From assembly GCA_035713565.1 (NCBI GenBank), contig DASSZI010000045.1, positions 1-56,623 of the forward strand: a stretch of DNA of 56,623 nucleotides, read 5' to 3'. Under the pieces are notes generated by a model. It searched no databases. It had not been told where the DNA came from and saw only the letters and a program-made list of their open reading frames with translations. The number at the start of each line of letters is the position of its first letter. Positions within the stretch are counted from its first letter, which is position 1. Made by a program: the position numbers and the translations under genes. Positions 28,444 through 39,328 of the stretch are shown piece after piece. Source of the stretch: Acidobacteriaceae bacterium (GTDB lineage Bacteria > Acidobacteriota > Terriglobia > Terriglobales > Acidobacteriaceae).

Positions 28444-29331
28444 ATGTTTCGTGCGGAGATTGGCATCATCGGTGGCAGCGGACTGTATAACATGCCTGGG
28501 CTGACGAATGTACATGAAGACCAGGTGAGCACACCCTTTGGCGACCCGTCCGACTGGCTGACGTTTGGAGAACTGCATGGCCGCAAAGTCGCATTCCTGG
28601 CGCGCCATGGACGCGGTCATTTTCTCTTACCGTCAGACATCAATTATAGAGCCAACATCTACGCAATGAAACAGGTTGGCGTATGCGCAATTCTTTCTAT
28701 ATCCGCCGTGGGCTCTCTGAAAGAGGAACACAAGCCGGGAACTTTCGTGATCCCGGACCAATTCATCGATCGGACTTACGCGCGGCGGAGCACCTTTTTC
28801 GGGCCGGACGTAGCTGCCCATGTTTCCATGGCCGATCCGGTCTGCTGCGAGATCGGCAACGCTCTGCAGGCCGCATGTGACAGCAGTGGAGTGACCGCAG
28901 TCCGGGGCGGTACCTACGTGTGCATGGAAGGACCGCAGTTTTCCACCCGTGCAGAATCGAACCTTTATCGGTCCTGGGGTGCGGATGTCATCGGTATGAC
29001 GAATCTGCAGGAAGCGAAACTCGCGCGCGAAGCGGAGATCTGCTACGGCACGCTAGCTATGGTGACGGATTATGACTGCTGGCACCCTGGACACGATTCC
29101 GTTACCACGGATCAGATCGTTGCCGTGCTGAACCAGAACAGTGCAGCGGCGCAGAAAGTGCTGGATGCCGCAGTTGCAAACTTGCCGGGAAAGCGGAGTT
29201 GCCACTGTCAATCGGCATTGAAGGACGCAATCATCACCAGGCATTCGGTCATTTCACTGGCGACGAAACAGAGGCTGCGGCTTCTGCTTGATAAATACAT
29301 TCAGCCGAGCGATAAGCCGCAAAGCAAATAG
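28444..29331 (+). CDS. mtnP: S-methyl-5'-thioadenosine phosphorylase
   Basis: MFRAEIGIIGGSGLY...STPFGDPSD...LARHGRGH...PSDINYRANIYAMKQVGV...GMTNLQEAKLAREAEICY matches the family. I chose the ATG at 28444 because AAGGAG lies 11 nt upstream. The ORF maximum is a GTG at 28432. Confidence 0.9.
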   Translation: MFRAEIGIIGGSGLYNMPGLTNVHEDQVSTPFGDPSDWLTFGELHGRKVAFLARHGRGHFLLPSDINYRANIYAMKQVGVCAILSISAVGSLKEEHKPGTFVIPDQFIDRTYARRSTFFGPDVAAHVSMADPVCCEIGNALQAACDSSGVTAVRGGTYVCMEGPQFSTRAESNLYRSWGADVIGMTNLQEAKLAREAEICYGTLAMVTDYDCWHPGHDSVTTDQIVAVLNQNSAAAQKVLDAAVANLPGKRSCHCQSALKDAIITRHSVISLATKQRLRLLLDKYIQPSDKPQSK

Positions 29332-29370
29332 CAGCCAACCAACTGGTCTTATCCAGGGAGCCAACGCACC

Positions 29371-30306
29371 ATGCCTATTCTTATAGTCGGTTCCGTAGCC
29401 TTTGACAGTATCCGCACACCGCATGGTACTGTTGACCGCTGCCTGGGGGGCGCGGCGACACATTTTGCGCTTGCAGCCAGTTTTTTCACACAGGTTCGTG
29501 TCATCGGAGTAGTAGGGGAAGACTTTACCGCGCGGCATGAAGAAGTATTTCGGGTGCACGGCATCGACACACGTGGAATTGAGCATGCTCGCGGCCAAAG
29601 TTTCCACTGGACTGGCGAGTACCGGGACAACTTGAACGAGGCACAGACCCTTCGCACAGATCTCAATGTTTTTCAGAGTTTTCAGCCAAAGATACCTGAC
29701 GCTTACCGCGACAGCGAGTATCTGTTTCTTGCGAACATTGATCCAGGTTTGCAGTTGCAGGTGCGCAGGCAGATGCCCGGAGTCGAGATGGTATGTGGCG
29801 ACACGATGAATTACTGGATCACGGGGCATCGTGAAAAGCTGCTGGAGACTCTGCGGGAAATGGATGCGCTACTGATCAATGATGGTGAGGCCAAACTGCT
29901 GGCCGGGGAAAACAATCTTGTCAATGCGGCGAAAAGTATTATGAGGATGGGCCCGAAGACACTGATCGTAAAACATGGGGAATATGGTTCTACGGCCTTC
30001 TTTGGGGATGCATCTTTTCCGGCGCGGGTGAAGAATCAGTTCTTTCGTGCTCCCGCGCTGCCGCTGGCGGAAGTCGTCGACCCAACGGGGGCAGGAGATT
30101 CCTTTGCAGGAGGCTTCTTCGGCTATCTGGCATCCCAGCCTTCCCTGACGCCCGCAGTGTTCAAACGGGCGATGTTCTATGGCGGAGTGATGGGATCCTT
30201 TGCTGTCGAGCGCTTCGGTACGGAACGTCTGCAGCATGTCACTCGAGAAGAAATCGACGAGCGTTTTTCTCTGTTTCGAGAACTCTCACATCTCGATGTC
30301 GAATAG
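29371..30306 (+). CDS. PfkB-family carbohydrate/nucleoside kinase
   Basis: MPILIVGSVAFDSIRTP...GGAATHFA matches the N-terminal PfkB region. DPTGAGDSFAGGFFGYL is the PfkB signature 2. Confidence 0.85.
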   Translation: MPILIVGSVAFDSIRTPHGTVDRCLGGAATHFALAASFFTQVRVIGVVGEDFTARHEEVFRVHGIDTRGIEHARGQSFHWTGEYRDNLNEAQTLRTDLNVFQSFQPKIPDAYRDSEYLFLANIDPGLQLQVRRQMPGVEMVCGDTMNYWITGHREKLLETLREMDALLINDGEAKLLAGENNLVNAAKSIMRMGPKTLIVKHGEYGSTAFFGDASFPARVKNQFFRAPALPLAEVVDPTGAGDSFAGGFFGYLASQPSLTPAVFKRAMFYGGVMGSFAVERFGTERLQHVTREEIDERFSLFRELSHLDVE

Positions 30307-31936
30307 GCGCCGAGGCACGCATACAGCGCCGGCTCTTGAGAACCGGCCGCAGATTACGCTGCAGGAAGAGACGAAGTTCGCCACAGCTGCGGCGGTCCTG
30401 CTGATTACCAGCTCCCTGATTTATTGTGCCCGGCGGAACCTACTTCTGCTTTACGGCGACGCGGTCGCTCATCTTCACATTGCCCGGCGCGTTTTCGACT
30501 CTCTCAATCCTGGCTTCCGGCAGCTTGGCTCCGTGTGGCTCCCTCTGCCTCATTTGTTGATGCTCCCCTTTGTGCAGCGCGCTGACTGGTGGCAGAGTGG
30601 ACTGGCGGGAGCAATCCCCTCCATGGCAAGTTATGTTCTGGCTTGCAGTGGCATCTACTACCTGGCGCGGCAGTGGATGCGACCTCTGTTTGCCGCAGTG
30701 GTCTTCCTCGCGCTCGCGCTGAATCCAGGCTTGCTGTATATGTCGGTCACCGCCATGACGGAGCCGCTTTTTCTCGCGCTGATGATCTGGAGCGCCATAC
30801 ATCTGGCCGCCTTCGAGGCAGCTGTGCGGAAGGCCGATTCGGTGGCTGGACGCGTTGCTCTGCTCAAGCTTACCTTCGTATTGATTGCGGCCGTTTTCAC
30901 CCGGTACGATGGCTGGATCTTAGGTTCGCTCGCCTGGATGATGGCTGTTTATTGGACGGTGAGGGATGGCTGGTGGCGGGAACGGGCCAATGCCCACGTA
31001 TTCCTTGCATGCACGCTGCTGCTGCTGGCCGCGCCCGCGACATGGCTTGCGTACAACTGGCGTATTTATGGCGATCCGCTGGATTTTCTACGCGGACCCT
31101 ATTCTGCGGCAGCGATTGCACGGCGCACTACAAAGCCCGGAGCGTCCCCCTACCCTGGTTGGCACAATCTGGGGGTCGCCCTCCTTTATTACATAAAGTC
31201 GGCCAAGATGGGGGCGGCTCCGCTGTACTGCGGGCGCTGGCTGCTGCTGATGGCGGCTGCGGGAACGGCATACTCGCTCCGGTTCTTCCGTCGCAATGTT
31301 GTACCTGCCGCAGTCTTGTTCTGGATGCCCGTACCGTTTTATGCGTACGCGGTTGCCTACGGATCGGTCCCAATCTTTCTTCCGGTCTGGCTGCCTCACT
31401 CGTTCTATAACACTCGTTACGGGATGGAGTTGCTTCCCGCGCTCGCCCTGTTCCCTGCATTTGCGATAGTTGCCGCAGCAAAAAAGCGTCCCCAGTGGGC
31501 CCGGTGGATCAGCGCGTTCGCTGTACTTCTTGTGATTGCCAGCAGTGCAATGCTGATGCGCGACACTCCATTGGTCCTGCGAGAAGCCAAAGCCAACTCA
31601 ATGACGCGGCTGCCGTTCGAGCAGGCGCTGGCAAGCAGGCTGATGCTGCTGCCTCCGCACTCTACTCTTCTGATGTACACCTCGGCCCATATCGGAGCAC
31701 TTCAGCAGATTGCGTTTCCTTTACGCCAGACGATCAACGAAGGTGATTACGGGCTGTGGAGCGGTGCTCTTGCGGACCCTGCTGCATCTGCCGACTTCAT
31801 CGTTGCACTGGATGGCGATCCGGTGAGCAAAGCGGTTCGGCAGCACCCTAAGAATCTGCAGTTGCTGTTTTTGATTTGCAGTACGGGCCAGCCATGCGCG
31901 CGCATTTATCGTTCCACAGAGCACGCGCTGCGCTGA
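30296..31936 (+). CDS. Polytopic membrane protein, ArnT/PMT (GT39/GT-C)-like
   Basis: There are about 12 hydrophobic helices. The N-terminal loop is LLLYGDAVAHLHIARRVFDSLNPGFRQLGSVWLPLPH. The ATG at 30296 overlaps the PfkB stop by 11 nt. The family assignment is tentative. Confidence 0.6.
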   Translation: MSNRRRGTHTAPALENRPQITLQEETKFATAAAVLLITSSLIYCARRNLLLLYGDAVAHLHIARRVFDSLNPGFRQLGSVWLPLPHLLMLPFVQRADWWQSGLAGAIPSMASYVLACSGIYYLARQWMRPLFAAVVFLALALNPGLLYMSVTAMTEPLFLALMIWSAIHLAAFEAAVRKADSVAGRVALLKLTFVLIAAVFTRYDGWILGSLAWMMAVYWTVRDGWWRERANAHVFLACTLLLLAAPATWLAYNWRIYGDPLDFLRGPYSAAAIARRTTKPGASPYPGWHNLGVALLYYIKSAKMGAAPLYCGRWLLLMAAAGTAYSLRFFRRNVVPAAVLFWMPVPFYAYAVAYGSVPIFLPVWLPHSFYNTRYGMELLPALALFPAFAIVAAAKKRPQWARWISAFAVLLVIASSAMLMRDTPLVLREAKANSMTRLPFEQALASRLMLLPPHSTLLMYTSAHIGALQQIAFPLRQTINEGDYGLWSGALADPAASADFIVALDGDPVSKAVRQHPKNLQLLFLICSTGQPCARIYRSTEHALR

Positions 31937-32004
31937 CCCGGCAGATGGGGAGGGCGGAAGAGAAGGTTGAAGGGTGAAGAAATCCCGACCGATTTGCGTC
32001 CGAG

Positions 32005-32886
32005 CTATTCGTGAAAGGAAACGAGCGACATGGGCTGAGTCAACCCGAAAACGACTTCAGATCCCTGAGGTAAGACGGCTTGATGGCTTTCCAGCAACCA
32101 GTGGGCGCCTACGTAACCTACCGCAGCGCCGCCAGCAACCAGCGCCGCCGGACCGGCTGCGATTAGAAAACCGGCTGCAGCTGCTCCGCTGCCCAGCAAC
32201 CCCGCTTCCGCGGCTGTTCTTTTGCCATGGTCGGTACTGACCACGGTGCCTTCAGATCCGGTCCTTACGTTGTCCGTCCTGCCAAGGTCATAAACTTCGG
32301 CGTGGAGGAAATATCGGGTCCCGTCAGGCAGGTTTACCTCGTCCGGACGCAACCGGATGGAGGCGCCTCCGCGGATGCGTCGGCCTGAGCTAACCGAGGT
32401 CACACGGCCGGTAACAGTCGAGCCTGCGGGAATGACAATGCGGTTATCCTTCTTGACCGGCTCAATCAAACGGGCAGTGAAGACCGAACCAGGCTGCGTC
32501 GTAGCAGTGGACAGTTGCTGGTTGAGCGTGACTTTGAGGATGGTTCCTTCCGGCAACTGATTCGGCCCGGAGGGAACGCTCGTCACGACGTCGGCATTAG
32601 GATCGTAACTCGATTTGATTTCCTCTCGACTCACCAGGCCTGGGTGATCCACATACGTGTGGTCGGCGGGAGATGTTGGCATCGCCTCCATGTGGGGCTT
32701 AGGATGTATGGCGGACGCGACGGAGGAGTCGGATGAGGAGGAATCCGCGCCGAGATCATTCGTGGTCACAATGGCTTCGTCCGGCGGATGGGAAACACCC
32801 TGGTACGCACTAGGTTTATTCGCCTGCCCGAATGCGGTAGCCGCGATCATGATGGTTGCCAAGGTCGTAACCGCAATTGCTTTCAT
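32005..32886 (-). CDS. Secreted hypothetical protein with C-terminal glycine-zipper segment
   Basis: The signal peptide is MKAIAVTTLATIMIAATAFGQ. A beta-rich core follows (GTILKVTLNQQLSTATTQPGSVFTARLIEPV...IPAGSTVTGRVTSV). A Gly/Ala-rich hydrophobic stretch comes near the C-terminus (AGLLGSGAAAAGFLIAAGPAALVAGGAAVGYVGA). Confidence 0.7.
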   Translation of the reverse strand: MKAIAVTTLATIMIAATAFGQANKPSAYQGVSHPPDEAIVTTNDLGADSSSSDSSVASAIHPKPHMEAMPTSPADHTYVDHPGLVSREEIKSSYDPNADVVTSVPSGPNQLPEGTILKVTLNQQLSTATTQPGSVFTARLIEPVKKDNRIVIPAGSTVTGRVTSVSSGRRIRGGASIRLRPDEVNLPDGTRYFLHAEVYDLGRTDNVRTGSEGTVVSTDHGKRTAAEAGLLGSGAAAAGFLIAAGPAALVAGGAAVGYVGAHWLLESHQAVLPQGSEVVFGLTQPMSLVSFHE

Positions 32887-33255
32887 CGAAACTTCACCTC
32901 TTTAACTTGTGTTAGCCATTCGCCGCTGCCAAAAACAGCTTCGCGCAACTCCCTGACAAGTTCGACTCAGGGACGCAGGGTCGGGTTGTTATTACCAGCT
33001 TTGACGCATGGTAAACCTACGCTGTGCATTAGTTTAGCCGAGCCGCGTGGAAAAGGAGCGCAACGTGCTTGCGTCGGGTATTCATCTAGTTATCCGGACC
33101 CGACAGGGAATCGGCCAAAGCCAGAAAGCAAATTTTGTGCGTCGTCCGGACAGAAAAGAGGTCTGAAAAGCTGCTGCTACAATCGATGCTATGGCGGCGG
33201 TTGCGAACCTGGTGCAAGGCGGGCAGTAAAGGTGGGTGCGCCGGTCGTGGGATAG

Positions 33256-34701
<1,446 letters not shown>

Positions 34702-34781
34702 TGCGCCACAAGTATTCCGAGCTGTTCTTTGAATTCCTCTGAAATACCCACCCAAGCTCTGGAAAGTTGAGTTTTTTGAAA

Positions 34782-35405
34782 ATGCTGCGAGTTTTCACCC
34801 GTTCTTTTGCCACATCCGCTCTGCTCGGTTTGTTCATGTCTCCGGGGCTAGTTGCACAACAACACACGAATACAGCTTCTTCTCCTTCCTCGCAGGCGAA
34901 AACCTCTGATGCTTCAGCCCCGGGGCTGACCCCGGTGAGCGATCCCGCCACGGCCGCGCAAATCCGGGAACTGCTGCAAGTGACCGGCGCAACCCGCAAC
35001 GCCACTTTGATGGTGGGGCGAATGATCGATCAGATGAAGCAGCAGGCACCTTCGTTTTTTCCGCAGGACTTTTGGACGGATATGAATCAGAGTTTTCAGC
35101 ATCTGGATGCTGAGAGTCTGATGGTGCCATACTTCCAAAAATATTATTCGAAGCCGGATGTGGAGAAGGCGATCGCTTTCTATAAAACGCCTGCGGGCAA
35201 GCACCTTGTCGCCGTCCAGCCGGTAATTATGCAGAAGACGCAAGGGATTGTGCTGGCGCGTGCGCAGGAAGTAGGGCACCAGGTTTTGATGCGCCACAAA
35301 GCGGAGCTGGAGGCGCTTGCCAAACAATATCAGCAACAGCATGGTGCAGGCGGCCCTGCGCCGCAGAATGCCGCTCCCGGCAGCCAAGGTCAGCCGAAGA
35401 GGTAG
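34782..35405 (+). CDS. DUF2059 domain protein, secreted
   Basis: The signal peptide is MLRVFTRSFATSALLGLFMSPGLVAQQ. The conserved segment is MVPYFQKYYSKPDVEKAIAFYKTPAGKHLVAVQPVIMQ. Confidence 0.8.
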   Translation: MLRVFTRSFATSALLGLFMSPGLVAQQHTNTASSPSSQAKTSDASAPGLTPVSDPATAAQIRELLQVTGATRNATLMVGRMIDQMKQQAPSFFPQDFWTDMNQSFQHLDAESLMVPYFQKYYSKPDVEKAIAFYKTPAGKHLVAVQPVIMQKTQGIVLARAQEVGHQVLMRHKAELEALAKQYQQQHGAGGPAPQNAAPGSQGQPKR

Positions 35406-35462
35406 TAGACACTCCAAAGCTTGAAAACGGTTCGCCTGGCGTGTTCGACAACAGGAAAAACA

Positions 35463-37067
35463 ATGGCCAATCACAAACCTCTGGTGCTTACAATTCTGGA
35501 TGGGTGGGGCTACCGCGCAGAACAAAACGCGAATGCCATCGCACAGGCTCGGAAGCCAAACTACGACCGTCTTCTCTCCGAATTTCCTAACACGCTTCTC
35601 CGTGCATCTGACCACTTCGTCGGATTACCTGATGGGCAGATGGGCAACAGCGAGGTAGGTCACCTGAACATCGGAGCCGGGAGAGTGGTCCATATGGACA
35701 TCACTCGGATTGATGAGGCGGTGACAAACGAAAGCTTTTTTGAGCATCCTGTGCTGGTGGAAGCGATGCAATACGCCGGATTGCGGGGTCGCCGGGTACA
35801 TCTGCTTGGGTTACTTTCAGATGGGGGCGTGCATTCCCACCAGCGTCATCTCTATGCGCTGCTCAAACTTGCAAAACAGCAGCAGGTTTCGAAGCTCTTC
35901 GTGCATGCGTTTCTGGATGGACGCGACACGCTGCCGAACAGCGGCATTGAGTACCTGAAACAACTGCAGCAACACTTGCGAGAATATGGCATCGGCGAGA
36001 TTGCTTCCGTTTCCGGCCGCTACTATGCAATGGATCGCGATCGCAGATGGGAGCGCGAGGCGAAGACGTTCGATGCGATGGTGCTGGGCCGTGCGGAAGG
36101 TGGCCTGCACTCTGACCCCCTCACGCGGCTTGCCGAGTACTACAACAATGGCATCACCGATGAGTTCGTCGTACCTTTTGTCTGCGCAGATGGGAAGGGC
36201 GAGCCTGTCGCTACGGTTGCAGACGGAGACGTGTGCATCTGTTTCAACTACCGTGCCGACAGAGCGAGGCAGATTACCCGCGTGCTGGCCCGCAATAGTG
36301 GACTGACGCTGCTTGGTGGAGCGGATCTGCCTGGCGCAGACGATCTCGATGCGGCGATCCCTCGCATTCAGGTCCCCAAAAGCCTGCGGTACATCTGCAT
36401 GACTCAATATGACAAGCAGTTCACCTTGCCGGTGGTGTTTCCATCGGAGTCGATGGACAATCTGCTTGCCAATGTTATGGCGGAAGCCAATCTTCGTAAT
36501 TTGCGAGTCGCCGAAACAGAAAAGTATGCGCATGTCACCTATTTCTTCAACGGTGGCATTGAAAAGCCTTTTCTGGGAGAAGATCGGATTCTGGTTCCGT
36601 CGAGGAAGGTCGCGACCTACGACCTTGCCCCGGAGATGAGTGCGGATGGAATAGCCGATGTTGTGACGAAAGCGATCGGCGACACGGCCTTTGATGTGAT
36701 CGTGGTAAATTTCGCCAATGCCGATATGGTAGGGCACTCAGGGAAAATGGAGCCCACGATCCGCGGTGTTGAAACGGTAGATGCCTGCCTGGGAAGAATA
36801 TATCGGGCCATCAAGCAGCATGGCGGGTCCATGCTGGTGACGGCGGACCACGGCAACGCCGAAATGATGGTGGATCCGATTGCCGGTGGCCCCCACACTG
36901 CGCATACGACCAACCCTGTGCCTTTTATCCTGGTTACCGAAGGAGGCCACAATGTAAGGGTGAAGAGTGGGGGTTCGCTGCGGGACATCTCCCCTACGAT
37001 CTTGGATTTGCTGCACCTGCAGCAGCCCAAGGACATGACTGGCGAATCGTTGATCCGGCACGACTAA
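35463..37067 (+). CDS. gpmI: 2,3-bisphosphoglycerate-independent phosphoglycerate mutase
   Basis: [12 protein letters not shown]...[16 protein letters not shown]...SDGGVHSH...[15 protein letters not shown]...[12 protein letters not shown]...TADHGNAE matches iPGM. Confidence 0.95.
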   Translation: MANHKPLVLTILDGWGYRAEQNANAIAQARKPNYDRLLSEFPNTLLRASDHFVGLPDGQMGNSEVGHLNIGAGRVVHMDITRIDEAVTNESFFEHPVLVEAMQYAGLRGRRVHLLGLLSDGGVHSHQRHLYALLKLAKQQQVSKLFVHAFLDGRDTLPNSGIEYLKQLQQHLREYGIGEIASVSGRYYAMDRDRRWEREAKTFDAMVLGRAEGGLHSDPLTRLAEYYNNGITDEFVVPFVCADGKGEPVATVADGDVCICFNYRADRARQITRVLARNSGLTLLGGADLPGADDLDAAIPRIQVPKSLRYICMTQYDKQFTLPVVFPSESMDNLLANVMAEANLRNLRVAETEKYAHVTYFFNGGIEKPFLGEDRILVPSRKVATYDLAPEMSADGIADVVTKAIGDTAFDVIVVNFANADMVGHSGKMEPTIRGVETVDACLGRIYRAIKQHGGSMLVTADHGNAEMMVDPIAGGPHTAHTTNPVPFILVTEGGHNVRVKSGGSLRDISPTILDLLHLQQPKDMTGESLIRHD

Positions 37068-37082
37068 GACGTGGGCGAGTGA

Positions 37083-37559
37083 CTATTTCGGGGAATCAAC
37101 CCGGCTGGTGACTGGATAGCCGTGTGCGACCCAGTCCTTTCCGAAGCTGGTATCCAGCATCAGGACGTGCAGGTGTGTAAAGCCCATTTTTTGCAGGGCA
37201 GCAAAGGCCGGACGGATGTTCGGGCACTTATTCATGGGGCAACATCCGCAGTAGAGATAGATCTCGCGGCTCTTGGGCAGTTTAGCGACCGCGTGCTCCA
37301 ATGTCTGTAAACCTTGCGAAGTCGATGCGGGACCCGCGTATATGGATCCAGGAATATGCTCGCTGCGGTACAGCACAGCGAATCCGACCTGCAGGATTAC
37401 TGGTTTACTGGTTGATTTCCCTTGCAATTGTGCCGCAAGATTGGCGGGCGGTGTAACTTGCGCGGCGGCCCAGGGAGTCGCTGCACCTTGCTGTGCGAGC
37501 GCTCCAGAAACCTGTAAAGCTCCTGCCCAGCAAACGAGTGCGAACGCCAATCTGCGCAT
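37083..37559 (-). CDS. Rhodanese-like domain protein, secreted, Cys-rich active-site loop
   Basis: The signal peptide is MRRLAFALVCWAGALQVSGALAQQ. The rhodanese-like layout includes YRSEHIPGSIYAG...REIYLYCGCCPMNKCPNIRPAFAALQKMGF...DWVAHGYPV. AAGGGG lies upstream of the ATG at 37559. Confidence 0.65.
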   Translation of the reverse strand: MRRLAFALVCWAGALQVSGALAQQGAATPWAAAQVTPPANLAAQLQGKSTSKPVILQVGFAVLYRSEHIPGSIYAGPASTSQGLQTLEHAVAKLPKSREIYLYCGCCPMNKCPNIRPAFAALQKMGFTHLHVLMLDTSFGKDWVAHGYPVTSRVDSPK

Positions 37560-37667
37560 TATTTTCCCCTTCAAGCACCTGTATATTGACCGCATATGAC
37601 TTATTAGTCTACGAGAAACATTTTAAATGGCACGTAATCATCCAAAAAGCATTGCCAAAGAGACTGC

Positions 37668-39308
37668 ATGGACACGGTAAAGCGAGACGCAACAAAGAAG
37701 GCATCCTTGTGGATCTTCGCGGTTCTGGTTGGCACCTATTGCGCCTGGGTCCTCACGTTGCCACTCTTCCCGTCCCTCGATGGGCCTCTGCACTTATACT
37801 ATGCCTCTGTACTCGGTAACCTGCTATCAGATTCAACTCATTTTTCAGCCTACTACTCTGTACGCCACCTTTTTCCGCCCTACGCTCTTTACTACTATCT
37901 TCTGATCGTGACGGCGCACTTTTGCGGCTACGTTCTTGCTGAAAAGTTAATGGTGTGCGTCATCATCATCGTGACAGCATTTGGATTTCGCTATCTGGCC
38001 ACCTACCTGGGACCTGCTGGGGATCTAGTCTCTTTGTTCATTGTTCCACTCCTGCTGAACTGGCCTCTAGGGATGGGATTCTACAACTATTGCCTGTCGA
38101 TCGGCATCGCGCTGTGGGCCCTGGGAATGTGGTATCGCGCTGTAGACCGGCATAGCCACAGATTATGGCTCGGGTTTGTTGCAGCCGTGGTTCTCATGGT
38201 CCTCACTCATCCAGTTCCAGCATTGTTTGTTTACCTTTTGGTTGGCATCGATGTCGTGTCGCAATTGTTTTCACGGAGGTATGGATCGAAAGGGCCTGAA
38301 ACACGCTCTGTTCCACTCCAGCGGTCGAACGTTCTCTACATGCTACTTTCGTGGACCACGATGCTCTACATTCTGCTGTTCACGGCTAAGCATCGTACAG
38401 TGGCCAATCTTCTGGAAAAGTACGATCGTACGGCTGTTTTCAGTAAGCTGGTCAAACTAAGTACCCTTGCGATGTTTTCCGGATCTGGGTCTCTGGTCCT
38501 TGCATACAGAGCATCGCTTTATTGTCTTTTAGTTTTTGCCATTATATGGGCATCCAAGGGAATAGCCCACAGGATTCGCAGCATGTCGGTGCTTCCAGCG
38601 GACCTCATCCTTGTGAGTTCGCTCTTTTTTTTGTTGATTCTTCCGATAATGCCGCCGGTTGTGAACGGAGCAAACTATTTCTCGCAACGGTTGGTAATCC
38701 TGGTCTGGATTGGAGCTATGGCCGCCGCCAGCACGCACGTTCCCAGTTCGTACCTGGTACGGCTGCGCGTCATAACGTTCGCATCCGTTTACGGAATAGG
38801 AGTTCTTTTGTTCGCCAATTCCAGGATACGACCTACGGCGGTGCAGATGGCGGAGATTGAAGCGAAACCGGCACCCAAGAGGGGTATGGCAGGGCTGGTA
38901 TTAAGCCTACCCGATGCCCCGAACCCAAAGCGACTGAGTTACTTCCCCTATTACTGGGCCGGAACCCGTTATTTCCGCAGATCTCGAGCCGTGTTGCTGA
39001 ACGGAGGCTGGCTGTATGAATCGTACCTGCCCCTGGGTTCCCGGCTGGAGCAGATCACAAATCAATTTACGCCCGCCATCCAGGATTCACCAGGTGATGC
39101 GTACGAAGTTCTGCTCCATTCGCAAACAGCTCGGGCTCAGGTGATGCCTCATGTCAATCTTGTAGTCTTTACTGGAGCAGAGACTCAAGCCCGGCTTTTG
39201 ATAATTTTGCGTAGTCTCGATGAGACTGGAAATGGTCGCGCGTGGACGTGTCTACCTGAGCAGTGGTACTCCGTCTGCAGCACAGCATCGATCTCTCCTG
39301 CAAAGTAA
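37668..39308 (+). CDS. Uncharacterised polytopic membrane protein (546 aa)
   Basis: There are at least 10 hydrophobic helices. The first loop is LPLFPSLDGPLHLYYASVLG, and a C-terminal soluble region of ~150 aa follows. I recognise no family. Confidence 0.75.
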   Translation: MDTVKRDATKKASLWIFAVLVGTYCAWVLTLPLFPSLDGPLHLYYASVLGNLLSDSTHFSAYYSVRHLFPPYALYYYLLIVTAHFCGYVLAEKLMVCVIIIVTAFGFRYLATYLGPAGDLVSLFIVPLLLNWPLGMGFYNYCLSIGIALWALGMWYRAVDRHSHRLWLGFVAAVVLMVLTHPVPALFVYLLVGIDVVSQLFSRRYGSKGPETRSVPLQRSNVLYMLLSWTTMLYILLFTAKHRTVANLLEKYDRTAVFSKLVKLSTLAMFSGSGSLVLAYRASLYCLLVFAIIWASKGIAHRIRSMSVLPADLILVSSLFFLLILPIMPPVVNGANYFSQRLVILVWIGAMAAASTHVPSSYLVRLRVITFASVYGIGVLLFANSRIRPTAVQMAEIEAKPAPKRGMAGLVLSLPDAPNPKRLSYFPYYWAGTRYFRRSRAVLLNGGWLYESYLPLGSRLEQITNQFTPAIQDSPGDAYEVLLHSQTARAQVMPHVNLVVFTGAETQARLLIILRSLDETGNGRAWTCLPEQWYSVCSTASISPAK

Positions 39309-39328
39309 TCGCCGGCTGGAACAGCCGT

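Noticed and set aside
30200-30295. The upstream extension of the ArnT/PMT-like gene (ORF maximum start at 30200), giving a 107-nt overlap with the PfkB gene.
   Set aside because: The extension translates to non-hydrophobic filler that overlaps the conserved C-terminus of the kinase. The ATG at 30296 gives a compact 11-nt overlap and a sensible cytoplasmic N-terminus.
35817-36737. Long antisense ORFs inside housekeeping genes: 306 aa in gpmI, 264 aa at 43659-44453 in purH, 282 aa at 46717-47565 in the DLH gene, 281 aa at 52005-52850 in leuB and 215 aa at 53531-54178 in leuC.
   Set aside because: Each overlaps a strongly conserved enzyme on the other strand. Their composition is biased (R, G, A, S, C-rich) and they have no recognisable motifs or ribosome-binding sites.
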